From an uncultured Chloroflexia bacterium (lineage in GTDB: Bacteria; Chloroflexota; Limnocylindria; Limnocylindrales; CSP1-4), in assembly GCA_963698505.1 (NCBI GenBank), contig CAVORC010000012.1, positions 4,590 to 68,589 of the forward strand: 64,000 nt of DNA, given 5' to 3'. Position 1 is the first letter of the stretch. Each line of letters opens with the position of its first letter. Below the pieces are notes generated by a model, which was given only the letters and a program-made list of their open reading frames with translations, made no database searches and had not been told where the DNA came from. Below are positions 18,857-27,993 of the stretch, one piece after another. A program made the position numbers and the translations under genes.

Positions 18857-19699
18857 ATGTTCAGTCAGTCCGCGGACGAGCCTGTGGCCGATCAGTCCCC
18901 AGCTCCGATCGGCATGCGCGAGCTGCCCCCGCAGCCGGCCAAGCCCGTGATGCCGGCCTACACCACCACGACCACCACCACGCCTGAGCCCGCTGCCGAC
19001 GAGGGGCCCAGCTCCGACGACTCCGTCATCGCCAGGGACGACCACCTCGAGGGTACGTTCACCTCGCGCGGTACGGTCGTCGTGATGGGGTCCGTGAAGG
19101 GCCGCATCGAGGCCGTGCGACTGCGCATCGAGGACGGCGCCAGCGTCGATGCCGACGTCATCGTCGACGAGGCCATCGTCGCGGGTGAGTTCACCGGCAA
19201 CCTGACCTGCCGGCAGCGCCTGGAGGCCCGGGCCAGTGGCCGTATCAACGGCCGGGTCGAGACCTTCAAGCTGATGCTCCACGAGGGTGCGTCCGTCGAG
19301 GGTGAGATGCACATGCTCAGCGAGACCCCCAAGGATGCCTCGGAAACGATCCGCGGCAGCGCGCCGCTGCGTGGCGAGACCGCCGGCGAGCCGACGGCCA
19401 AGGCCAAGCCGGAGACGGCGCCGGCCGCTCCTGCCGGCGCGGCGACCGTGACGCCCGCTGCGACCAGGCCCGCTCCCAGCGTGGCACCCGCGAGCGACAG
19501 CAAGTCCAGCGCGACCGCCAGCGCCGCGCCAGTGGCAGAAGCCTTGAGCGTGCGCTCGTCACTCGCGGAGACGCTGCGTGCCGAGACGCTGCAGATGCGG
19601 GTGGCGCCTCGCGCCACCACCACGACCTCGCGCGGCTATGGCAGCCCTGCTCGCAGCAGCAGCGGCGTCCGGAACGGCGGCAGCGCGACCGGCTTCTAG
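18857..19699 (+). CDS. Bactofilin-family polymer-forming protein with long low-complexity N- and C-terminal extensions
   Basis: Core beta-helical bactofilin domain (TVVVMGSVKGRIEAVRLRIEDGASVDADVIVDEAIVAGEFTGNLTCRQRLE...GRINGRVETFKLMLHEGASVEGEM). A strong AGGAGGA RBS is upstream. Thr/Pro/Ala-rich tails flank the core. Confidence 0.7.
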   Translation: MFSQSADEPVADQSPAPIGMRELPPQPAKPVMPAYTTTTTTTPEPAADEGPSSDDSVIARDDHLEGTFTSRGTVVVMGSVKGRIEAVRLRIEDGASVDADVIVDEAIVAGEFTGNLTCRQRLEARASGRINGRVETFKLMLHEGASVEGEMHMLSETPKDASETIRGSAPLRGETAGEPTAKAKPETAPAAPAGAATVTPAATRPAPSVAPASDSKSSATASAAPVAEALSVRSSLAETLRAETLQMRVAPRATTTTSRGYGSPARSSSGVRNGGSATGF

Positions 19700-19746
19700 C
19701 CAGGCCCGGGTCCACCCGCCGCCATCGCGCGGCGTAGACTCGGTCG

Positions 19747-20889
19747 ATGAGCACAGACGCATACGGTGCGGCGCGCGCCGCGCTCGAGGCTGCCCACCCC
19801 GAGCTCGTGGAGCTCTCGCACCGCATCTACCGGAACCCCGAGGTGGGCTTCGAGGAAGTCCAGGCGGCAGCCTGGCTCACCGAGTCGCTGGAGCGTGTCG
19901 GGTTCGAGGTGCAGCGCGGCTACGGAGAGATGCCCACCGCGTTCGTCGCCAGCACCGGACCGGGGCCGCTGCACATCGCCATCTGCGCCGAGTACGACGC
20001 CCTGCCCGCGGTCGGCCACGCCTGCGGCCACAACGTCATCTGCACCGCCGCCCTCGGCGCGGGCATGGCGCTGGCACCACTGGTCACCGATCTGGGCCTG
20101 AAGGTCACCGTCCTGGGGACGCCTGCAGAGGAGAGTGGCGGCGGCAAGCTCGGCTTCATCGACGGCGGCTTCTTCGAGGATGTCCACGCCTCGATGATGG
20201 TGCACCCGTTCCCGCAGGACGTGGTGACACCGGCCATCATCGCGGTCCAGCAGCTGGAGGTCACCTATCGCGGTCGCGCCGCACACGCATCCGGCTTCCC
20301 CTGGCTGGGCATCAACGCTCTCGATGCCATGGTCATCGCCCAGACGGCCATCGGGCTGCTGCGCCAGCAGATCCTGCCGAGCGACCGCATCCACGGCATC
20401 GTGACCAACGGCGGCGATGCCTCCAACATCATCCCCGAGCTCACCACGGCCGACTTCATGGTCCGCGCCGGGACCGCCGAGCGCCTCGATGAGCTCGTCG
20501 GGCTGGTGCGCAAGTGCTTCGAGGCCGGGGCGCTGGCGACCGGCGCCACGCTCGAGCTCACGCCGGACGTCGCCTACAAGGACATGCGCCACGACGCGGA
20601 GCTGGCGGAGCTGTATCGCCGCCATGCCGAATCGCTGGGCCGTTCGTTCGCAAGCGAGTCGTCGCCAGTATCCACGGACATGGGCAGCGTTTCCCACGTG
20701 GTCCCCTCGATCCACCCCATGCTGGGGATCGAGACACACGGCGCGGTCAACCACCAGGCAGCGTTCGCCGATGCCTGCGCCACGCCCTCGGCGGACCAGG
20801 CCATCTTCGACGGGGCCCTCGCCATGGCGCTGGTGTGCATCGATGCCGCCCGCAACGAGGCGCTGCGGACACGCCTGCTGGCGAAGTAG
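19747..20889 (+). CDS. M20-family amidohydrolase/peptidase (hippurate hydrolase / aminobenzoyl-glutamate utilisation-like)
   Basis: 380 aa with metal-binding motifs (HACGHNV...GTPAEESGGGK...MMVHP...VTNGGDASNIIPE). Confidence 0.8.
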   Translation: MSTDAYGAARAALEAAHPELVELSHRIYRNPEVGFEEVQAAAWLTESLERVGFEVQRGYGEMPTAFVASTGPGPLHIAICAEYDALPAVGHACGHNVICTAALGAGMALAPLVTDLGLKVTVLGTPAEESGGGKLGFIDGGFFEDVHASMMVHPFPQDVVTPAIIAVQQLEVTYRGRAAHASGFPWLGINALDAMVIAQTAIGLLRQQILPSDRIHGIVTNGGDASNIIPELTTADFMVRAGTAERLDELVGLVRKCFEAGALATGATLELTPDVAYKDMRHDAELAELYRRHAESLGRSFASESSPVSTDMGSVSHVVPSIHPMLGIETHGAVNHQAAFADACATPSADQAIFDGALAMALVCIDAARNEALRTRLLAK

Positions 20890-20911
20890 GGAACAGGAGC
20901 CAGTCGGAACG

Positions 20912-20933
20912 CCGCGCGCAAGCCGCGCGCAAG
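20912..20933. repeat. 2 x 11-bp tandem repeat (CCGCGCGCAAG) in the convergent intergenic region
   Basis: Read directly in the sequence. Confidence 0.6.
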
Positions 20934-20964
20934 CGTGCCGGGAGCGCACGACAGCCTGCTGCTG

Positions 20965-21930
20965 CTACTCCGCGCGCAGCACCAGGATGTGCTGGTGGAC
21001 GATGTTGGGCACGAAGGCGTGTGGATAGCCGTACGGCCGCAGGCGCGTGCCCGCCTGGTACCAGATGAGGTCGCCCTTGGTGACGAAGCCGTGCGGCTCT
21101 GCGCGCGCCGCCAGGTCGGACGCCACGAAGCGATAGCGTCCCTGCTGGTAGGCGTCGCGCACGATGACCACGGCATAGCGCCTGGGGCGCAGCACGCGCC
21201 GCAGCTCCCCGAAGAGCGCGCCCATGCGCTCGAGGTACTCGCCGTAGCTGGCGCTGTTGGCCAGGTCGGCCGGGTCGTCGGTGATCATGGCGTAGTCGGT
21301 GCGCCGGTTGGCGAACGTCTCGGCCAGGGCACCGCCAGACATCGTCACCTTCAGCTGCGGGTTGTAGGGGGGGTCGGTGGCCACGAGGTCCACGCTGGCA
21401 TCCTCGAGGTCACGCACCAGCGACATGGCGTCGCCCACCAGCAAGCGGCAGCCTGACGGGTCGAAGCGGCGCGGCCCGCCGGGGTCGCTGTCACCCAGGT
21501 CGCTGAGCAGCGGCCCGGTCCCGCCGTTCTGGGCCGCTGCCGCATCCACGACCTGCTGGTACACCGCGGCCCAGCGGGGCTCGATCTCGAAGCCCAGGGC
21601 CCGTCGTGGTGTCCGGCAGATGCTCGCACCCAGCAGCGTGCCGCCGACCCCGGCGAAGGGATCGAGCACCAGCTCCCCACCACGCGTGAAGAACTCGATC
21701 AGCCGCGCCATGAGGCGTGGTGGCTTGTTGGCGCCATGCGACTTCCGCTCGCGGTGGCCCAGCTCGGAGGGGTAGGCGGTCGTCAGCAGCGACTTGGTGA
21801 AGTAGAGCCACTCGTCACCACCGAGCTCATTGAGGGTGTTGTTCGGATGCACCGGTCTCGCGGCTCGGTTGGCCTCGCTGTCAATCACCGGACGAAGTAT
21901 GTGGCACACGGCGTCTATGCTCTGCGGCAT
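20965..21930 (-). CDS. DNA methyltransferase, N6-adenine/N4-cytosine family (DPPY motif), with no restriction partner in the window
   Basis: SAM-binding motif I (LVLDPFAGVGGTLLGA) and catalytic motif IV (LVATDPPYNP). Start taken at the Met of MPQSIDAV. The ORF track extends further upstream from a GTG. Confidence 0.75.
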   Translation of the reverse strand: MPQSIDAVCHILRPVIDSEANRAARPVHPNNTLNELGGDEWLYFTKSLLTTAYPSELGHRERKSHGANKPPRLMARLIEFFTRGGELVLDPFAGVGGTLLGASICRTPRRALGFEIEPRWAAVYQQVVDAAAAQNGGTGPLLSDLGDSDPGGPRRFDPSGCRLLVGDAMSLVRDLEDASVDLVATDPPYNPQLKVTMSGGALAETFANRRTDYAMITDDPADLANSASYGEYLERMGALFGELRRVLRPRRYAVVIVRDAYQQGRYRFVASDLAARAEPHGFVTKGDLIWYQAGTRLRPYGYPHAFVPNIVHQHILVLRAE

Positions 21931-24900
21931 GGCGTTCTTGGGCCGGGAGCGCGAGTTGGCCCAGCTGGCCGAAGCCGTGCGGCGAGTCGCGGAGGGGCGA
22001 CTCGGGCGTGTCGTGCTGACCGGCCCAGCCGGGATCGGCTGCACGCGCCTCCTGGATGAGCTGGCGATACGGGTCTCGAGCGTGCCGGGCGTGCTGGCAT
22101 GCCGTGGCCGCGCCTATGAGCCCGCGGCCGGCAAGCCCTACCAGGCCGTGGGCGACGCGCTGGCCTGTTCCTTCGCGCGCCTCCCCGACGAGCGCATGGC
22201 CGCGGTGGTGGCCCACGCCGGTGACGACCTCTGCGCGCTGGTGCCCGGATTGCAGGTCCGGCTCGATACGCTCGGCATCGACCACTCCCCACCGCCGCTC
22301 TCGGCTCCCGAGCAGCTGGGCCGACGCGTCCTGGAGTCGATCCTCGGCACACTCGAGCGCCTGGCTGCCGACGGCGTCCTGTTGCTCGTGCTGGAGAACC
22401 TGCACCATGCCGACCCGGCCACGCGCAAGCTCATCGAGGCGCTGCAGGACGTCGGTCGCTCGCTGCCGCTCTGTCTCGTGCTCACCTATCAGCCGGCCGA
22501 GGTCCATCGCCGCCATCCGATGGCCGCCCTGGCCGACAGCCTGGGCGCCGATCCCGAGGTCGTGCGCATCGAGCTGAGTCCGTTGCCGGCGGGCGACATC
22601 GAGCGGCTGGTCAGCGAAAGCCTCGGCGAGCGACCAGCGCACAACGTCGTGACCGCCGTGAGCGAGGGCGCGCGGGGCAACCCGCTCATCGCCCTGGAGC
22701 TGGCACGCAGTGCCGGAGCACTCGAGGGCGTACGGCTATCCGATCCCTTCGACCAGCTCTACGGCGCGCGCGTGGAGGCGCTGTCGCGTGACGGCGCGCG
22801 GGTGGTGCGGGTGCTGGCCGCGGCGCGGGTGCCGCTGCCGCGGGCGACCCTGCTCGGCGTGCACCCGCCGGAGGGGCGCCTGACGGTCCAGGGGCTGGAG
22901 GAGGCGCTGGCGGGCGGATACGTCAGCGAGGCCGGCGACGACATCAGCATCAGCCACGAGCTCGGCGCGGAGGCCGTCGAAGCGATGGAGCTGACGCTTG
23001 AGCGCCAGGGCATCCACGCAGCGCTCGCGGAGCAGCTCCACGCCGAGCCGGCGCTGGCTGCCTGGCACTGGTCACGCGCGGCTCGCCCGGCAGAGGCGCG
23101 CAGCGAGCACGTGCGTGCCGCGCGGCTGGCCGAGCGCCTGGATCCAGCGGATACCGCGCTGCAGCACTACGAGCAGGCGCTGGAGCTGCCCAGCCTGGAG
23201 CCGGTCAGCCCGCAGGTGCAGTCCGAGCTGCTTGCCGGCGCCGCACGAGCGTCCGCCTCCGCCGGCTCGTTCCGCCGTGCCGCCGCGCTCATGCGCCGGG
23301 CCATCGACAGCCGCGCCGCGCGCGAGGCCTCCAGCCAGCGTGGCCAGCGCGACGCTGCCACCCGCCTCGCCCTCGGCGAGATGCACGAGGAGCTGGGCCG
23401 CTACCAGTGGCACGCCGGTGACCTGCCGGGCGCTATCGACAACATGGAGCGCGCGCTCGGCATCATGCCTCCTGAGCCCAGCCGCAGCCGAGCCTGGGTG
23501 CAGGCCTCGCTGGCGCAACACCTCATGATCGACGGGCGCTTCAGCGAGTCGCAGGCGATCGCGCTGCAGGCGCTGACGACCGCCGAGGCGGCCAGCCGGG
23601 CCGGCGAGGACACGCTGCAGGAGCGCGCCCACGCCATCTGCACGCAGGGCGTCGACACGGCCTACCTGGGCGACCCTGTCCGTGGTCTGCAGCTGCTCGA
23701 GGACTCGGCCGCACTCTCGCGCCAGGCAGGGCGTCTCGACCACCTCATGCGCGTGGCCGCCAACCGCACCACCCTGCTGGACCTGGATCTGCGCCGGGAG
23801 GAGGCCCTGCAGGTCGTGCAGGAGTCGCTGGCCGAGGCGGCAGCCGGCGGGCTCGAAGCGACCTACGGTGCGTTCCTGCGCGGCAACGCCGCCGACATCC
23901 TCTTCCAGCTGGGTCGCTGGGAGGAGGCCGAGCGCGAGTGTCGCAGCGACCTGCGCTGGCAGACCGGGCGTCGCGAGATCACCTGGCTGTCCCTGCTCGT
24001 GCTGGGCCTGCTGCTGACCGAATCACGCGCCGATGACGAGGCTGCCAGCATCGTCGGACGCACGCTGCTGGAGCTGCAGACCGTCTCGCCGGGTCACTGG
24101 ACCGGCATGGTGATGCGGTCAGCGGTGAGCCTGGCGTTGTGGAACGGTCGTGTCGAGGAGGCTGCCAGCATCGCCGAGCGCGAGTGGCCTCGGGCGCTCG
24201 AGAGCGACGAGCTGGGCGTGGTCGCGTATGCCGCGGCGACGTCACTGGAAGCTGCTGCCGCAGCGGCGGAGCATGGGCGTGCGACGTCGTCAGCCGGGCT
24301 CATCGCGCGTGCCCGTGCACTGGCCGAGAGCGTGCTGCCCGCGGCCGAGGCCTACGTTGCCGGGTCATCCATCGGGCCCGAGCTGGGCGCGCGCAACGAG
24401 GCCGAGCTGCTGCTGGACGTGGCTCGGGCCCACGCGCTGCGCGTGCGGGGCACACCCGACCCGGGGGCATGGGCCGTGCTGGCCGAGGCCTGGGAACGAC
24501 ACTCCATCCCGTACCGACGCGCCAAGTCTCGCTGGTGGCAGGCGCTGGCGATCCTGGCCGTCGCCCCAGAGGAGGATCGCGAATCGGCCCGGCTGGAGGC
24601 GCGCGAGCCACTCTCGGAGGCGTACCGCGTGGCGCGCGACCTGCCGGCGCTGCCGTTGCTGCGCGAGGTCATCGACCTGGGCAAGCGTGCGCGCGTGCCG
24701 CTGCCACTCTCGGACGACGTCAGCGCCCGGCTGGTCGCCGTGGGGCCCGGTCCCAGGACGCCCGTGGCGGTCGGTCCGGGTCGGCCCGCATCCGGAGTGG
24801 GCAGCCCCGACATCGCGCAGGCGATCGAGCAGCGCGTCATCGCGGCCCTGCGCAAGGGTCCGGCCGACACCTACCGGCTCAGCCCCCGCGAACAGGAGGT

Positions 24901-25123
24901 GCTGGACATCCTCGCCGAGGGCCGCACCGACCGCGACATCGCCGCGCGCCTGTTCATCAGTGAGCGCACCGTGCATGTCCACGTGCGGCGCATCCTGGCC
25001 AAGCTCGGCGTGTCCAGCCGGACCGAGGCTGCTGGCGTCGCCATCCGCCAGGGTCTCGTCTCCACGAGCGTGCCGGCCGCAGGCGATCCAAAGGGAGCGG
25101 ATGACGTAGCATCGCGCTCATGA
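21929..25123 (+). CDS. LuxR-family large ATP-binding (LAL/MalT-like) transcriptional regulator
   Basis: About 1064 aa with an N-terminal P-loop NTPase (VVLTGPAGIGCTRLLDELA), a long TPR-like middle region and a C-terminal LuxR HTH (LSPREQEVLDILAEGRTDRDIAARLFISERTVHVHVRRILAKLGVSSRTEAA). The stop overlaps the start of the cupredoxin gene (ATGA). Confidence 0.85.
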   Translation: MAFLGRERELAQLAEAVRRVAEGRLGRVVLTGPAGIGCTRLLDELAIRVSSVPGVLACRGRAYEPAAGKPYQAVGDALACSFARLPDERMAAVVAHAGDDLCALVPGLQVRLDTLGIDHSPPPLSAPEQLGRRVLESILGTLERLAADGVLLLVLENLHHADPATRKLIEALQDVGRSLPLCLVLTYQPAEVHRRHPMAALADSLGADPEVVRIELSPLPAGDIERLVSESLGERPAHNVVTAVSEGARGNPLIALELARSAGALEGVRLSDPFDQLYGARVEALSRDGARVVRVLAAARVPLPRATLLGVHPPEGRLTVQGLEEALAGGYVSEAGDDISISHELGAEAVEAMELTLERQGIHAALAEQLHAEPALAAWHWSRAARPAEARSEHVRAARLAERLDPADTALQHYEQALELPSLEPVSPQVQSELLAGAARASASAGSFRRAAALMRRAIDSRAAREASSQRGQRDAATRLALGEMHEELGRYQWHAGDLPGAIDNMERALGIMPPEPSRSRAWVQASLAQHLMIDGRFSESQAIALQALTTAEAASRAGEDTLQERAHAICTQGVDTAYLGDPVRGLQLLEDSAALSRQAGRLDHLMRVAANRTTLLDLDLRREEALQVVQESLAEAAAGGLEATYGAFLRGNAADILFQLGRWEEAERECRSDLRWQTGRREITWLSLLVLGLLLTESRADDEAASIVGRTLLELQTVSPGHWTGMVMRSAVSLALWNGRVEEAASIAEREWPRALESDELGVVAYAAATSLEAAAAAAEHGRATSSAGLIARARALAESVLPAAEAYVAGSSIGPELGARNEAELLLDVARAHALRVRGTPDPGAWAVLAEAWERHSIPYRRAKSRWWQALAILAVAPEEDRESARLEAREPLSEAYRVARDLPALPLLREVIDLGKRARVPLPLSDDVSARLVAVGPGPRTPVAVGPGRPASGVGSPDIAQAIEQRVIAALRKGPADTYRLSPREQEVLDILAEGRTDRDIAARLFISERTVHVHVRRILAKLGVSSRTEAAGVAIRQGLVSTSVPAAGDPKGADDVASRS

Positions 25124-26525
25124 ACCAACCGCTCTATCGGGTCGTCGCGGCCCTCTTCGCACTGACGTTCATCGTGGCTGCTTGCGCCAGTGACACCGGC
25201 GCCGAGTGGACGTACGCGCCGGTCACCGCATCGGAGAGCCAGGCCCCTGGCCCGAGCGAACCCACCGCGGCACCGGGCACCACTGCCGAGCCGGGTGGCA
25301 CGGCCGCGCCCGCGGATACCGCTGCGCCCGCCACGCCACCGCCGTCCAGCGGTGAGCCCCGTGTCATCCAGCTGCAGGCCGACGCCGCGCTGCGGTTCAC
25401 CGACATGAGTGGGCAGCCGGTATCGGACATCCCCGTGACCCCCGGCGAGACGATCATCTTCGAGGTGGACAACACGGCCGGCTTCGAGCACAACCTCTGG
25501 ATCGGCACTGACGCCGAGCTCTCGGGGCCCTACGCCACCACCGACGTGGGCATCGACACCTGGACCACGGGTGTCGAGTCGGTCGAGTGGGTGGTGCCGG
25601 CCGACGTCAGCGGGCTGAAGTTCGGCTGCACCGTGCCGGGCCACTACTTCACCATGCAGGGCACCTTCTCCGCGAGCGAGCCGGCCGCGGCCGAGACCGC
25701 GGCCGGAGCCGGCAGCCGGCCGGGGCCGAGACCACGGCAGCTCCAGAAGCTCCGGCCGAGCCGGCTGCTGTCAGCGGTGAGCCCCGTGTCATCCAGCTGC
25801 AGGCCGACGCCGCGCTGCGGTTCACCGACATGAGTGGGCAGCCGGTGTCGGACATCCCCGTGACCCCCGGCGAGACGATCATCTTCGAGGTGGACAACAC
25901 GGCCGGCTTCGAGCACAACCTCTGGATCGGCACTGACGCCGAGCTCTCGGGGCCCTACGCCACCACCGACGTGGGTATCGACACCTGGACCACGGGTGTC
26001 GAGTCGGTCGAGTGGGTGGTGCCGGCCGACGTCAGCGGGCTGAAGTTCGGCTGCACCGTGCCAGGTCACTACTTCACCATGCAGGGCACGTTCTCCGCGA
26101 GCGAGCCGGCCGCGGCCGAGACCGCGGCGGCGCCGGAGACGCCGGCCGAGACCATGGCGGCGCACGAGGCTCCGGCCGAGCCGGCTGCTGCGGGCGGTGA
26201 GCCCCGTGTCATCGAGCTGGAGGCGGACGCCGCCATCCGGTTCCTGCAGGACGGCGAGCAGATCCGCGAGATCCCCGTCACGCCCGGTGAGACCGTCGTC
26301 TTCCGCATCAACAACACGGCCGGTTTCGGGCACAACTTCTGGATCGGTCCCGACGAGGAGCTGCAGGTCCCCAACGGCAGCACGGACACGGGCTTGCCAG
26401 ACTGGACGACCGGTGTCCAGGAGCTGGAGTGGGTCGTGCCCGATGACGTCACCGACCTGCGTTTCGCGTGCACCGTGCCCGGCCACTACTTCACCATGCA
26501 GGGCGACTTCACCGTCAGCCAGTAG
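25120..26525 (+). CDS. Three-domain azurin-like cupredoxin lipoprotein, with a single frameshift in the first inter-domain linker near 25700-25725
   Basis: Signal peptide plus lipobox (LTFIVAAC). There are three repeats, each with type-1 copper ligands: upstream His (GFEHNLWIG, GFEHNLWIG, GFGHNFWIG) and the azurin-type C-T-V-P-G-H-Y-F-T-M loop (three copies). ORF 25120..25833 and ORF 25587..26525 are the same gene in two frames. Confidence 0.7.
25351..26201 (+). repeat. Intragenic tandem duplication of one cupredoxin domain: two units of about 425/426 bp, about 99% identical (4 mismatches)
   Basis: Units start at about 25351 and 25776 (GGTGAGCCCCGTGTCATCCAGCTGCAGGCC...). The period 425 rather than 426 accounts for the frameshift. 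Confidence 0.85.
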
Positions 26526-26561
26526 CCGCAGGCTCCTCGCCAGTAGCCACACGCTCCTCGC
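26520..26561. repeat. 2 x 21-bp near-perfect tandem repeat (CAGTAGCCGCAGGCTCCTCGC / CAGTAGCCACACGCTCCTCGC) containing the TAG stop of the cupredoxin gene
   Basis: Read directly in the sequence. Confidence 0.7.
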
Positions 26562-26624
26562 CGAATTGAAACGCCCCGGTGGGTCAGACCCGCCGGGGCG
26601 TCATCGTGACCGTGGCGTCGGACG

Positions 26625-27144
26625 CTACGTGTCCTCGCCGTCGGTGATCTGCGGCTGGCTTTGGGCATCGAGTGCATGCTGGATCTCCTTCTCCGCATCC
26701 TCGCTGAGCGAGGTCCGCAGGAGCTCGCCACCGAGTGGCGCGAGGGCGGCGAGCGCCTTGTCCGGTGTGGCCTTGGAGACGAACACGACCAGGGCAGCCG
26801 TGCCGGGCTTCAGCACGTCTGCAGCTCGCTGTCTGAACTCGTCCTTGACGCCCCAGCCGCTGATCGTCCCCATCACGGCACCCATGATGCCGCCGATGAT
26901 GAGGCCGCCCACCGGGATGAGGAAGATGCAGCCCGAAGAGCATGCCCCAGAAGCCGCCCATGGCAGCGCCGGCGCTGGTGGCCCCGGTCTTGGTGACCAT
27001 CTCCACCTTGCCATCGGCAGTCTTCTTCACGACGGCCGCGCCGCCGGTCTGCATGATGAGGTCCTTCTCCAACTGCTGGACCGTCTCCAGCGACTTCTGC
27101 GCGGTCTCGACGTCCGGGTAGCCGATGACCAGTAGCTCTGCCAT
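26625..27144 (-). CDS. DUF1269-like membrane protein (general-stress-type), with one frameshift near 26930
   Basis: N-terminal part MAELLVIGYPDVETAQKSLETVQQLEKDLIMQTGGAAVVKKTADGKVEMVTKTGATSAGAAMGGFWGMLFGL (in ORF 26584..27402). The Gly-zipper TM and C-terminal domain IFLIPVGGLIIGGIMGAVMGTISGWGVKDEFRQ...LRTSLSEDAEKEIQHAL are in ORF 26625..27014. An AGAGGAG RBS is upstream. Confidence 0.6.
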
Positions 27145-27241
27145 CCGTACTCCTCTGATGGGTGGTGATTGACGCAGCCGACACGATAGCGCAGCCGCCG
27201 GCGACCGCTGTCCGGGGGCGGCGCGCGTAGACTGCCTGCCC

Positions 27242-27967
27242 ATGGAGGATCCTGTCGCCGGCTCGCCCCGGCCCCGGCCCCGCGCGCGCTCGATGGGTGA
27301 CGAGGCTCTGGTGGAGGCGCTCACCGGGACCGGCTGCCCGCTGTGCGCCCACGTCGCTCGAATCGCTCCGCAGTACCTCGACTCGCTCCTGTACCAGCAC
27401 ACGACCGACCGCGCCTACCGGGATCGCTTCGTGGCTGGGGGCGGGTTCTGCGGCCGCCACGTTCGGGACGCGGTGGTGGCCGATACCGCGGGCAACGGCG
27501 ACGGTGTGGGCGGCGGCATCTTCCTGCGCTCGCAGCTGGGAGCCCGGCGCCGCGCGCTGGAGGCCGCGACGGGGTTCCGCGCAGCGAGGCGGCTGCGCGA
27601 GGCGACGCGACCGGCCTGGGATTGCCCGGTCTGTGAGCAGGAGCGGACGCTGGCGGCGGCCGCATCGAAGCGACTGCTCGACCTGGTCGCTGCCGACGTG
27701 ACCTGGCGAGACTGGACCACGGGTGCGCCCTGGTGCCTGACGCACCTCGGTGTGCTTCTTGCGGCGGCGGCTGAGGCGGGGGGCGGGACGCTCGATGCCC
27801 TGCGAGAGCGGCAGCTCTCGGCCATGCGCGACCTGGAGGCGCGACTGGATGCCCTGGCGCACGACTCCAGCCACGGGCGCCGGGACCGCCTGACCGCCGC
27901 CGTCCGATCCGCGGTCGGCGAAACGGCTGACCTGCTCGCCGGCGACGAGGGGCGGGAGCGCCGCTGA
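27242..27967 (+). CDS. Hypothetical Cys-rich protein with a duplicated CPxC ... CxxH module (putative Zn/metal-binding)
   Basis: 241 aa. Module 1 is CPLCAH-(27)-CGRH, module 2 is CPVCEQ-(28)-CLTH. No family recognised by eye. It is divergent from the DUF1269 gene. Confidence 0.45.
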   Translation: MEDPVAGSPRPRPRARSMGDEALVEALTGTGCPLCAHVARIAPQYLDSLLYQHTTDRAYRDRFVAGGGFCGRHVRDAVVADTAGNGDGVGGGIFLRSQLGARRRALEAATGFRAARRLREATRPAWDCPVCEQERTLAAAASKRLLDLVAADVTWRDWTTGAPWCLTHLGVLLAAAAEAGGGTLDALRERQLSAMRDLEARLDALAHDSSHGRRDRLTAAVRSAVGETADLLAGDEGRERR

Positions 27968-27993
27968 AGGTAGTCCCGGGTGGCGAGAGCCGC

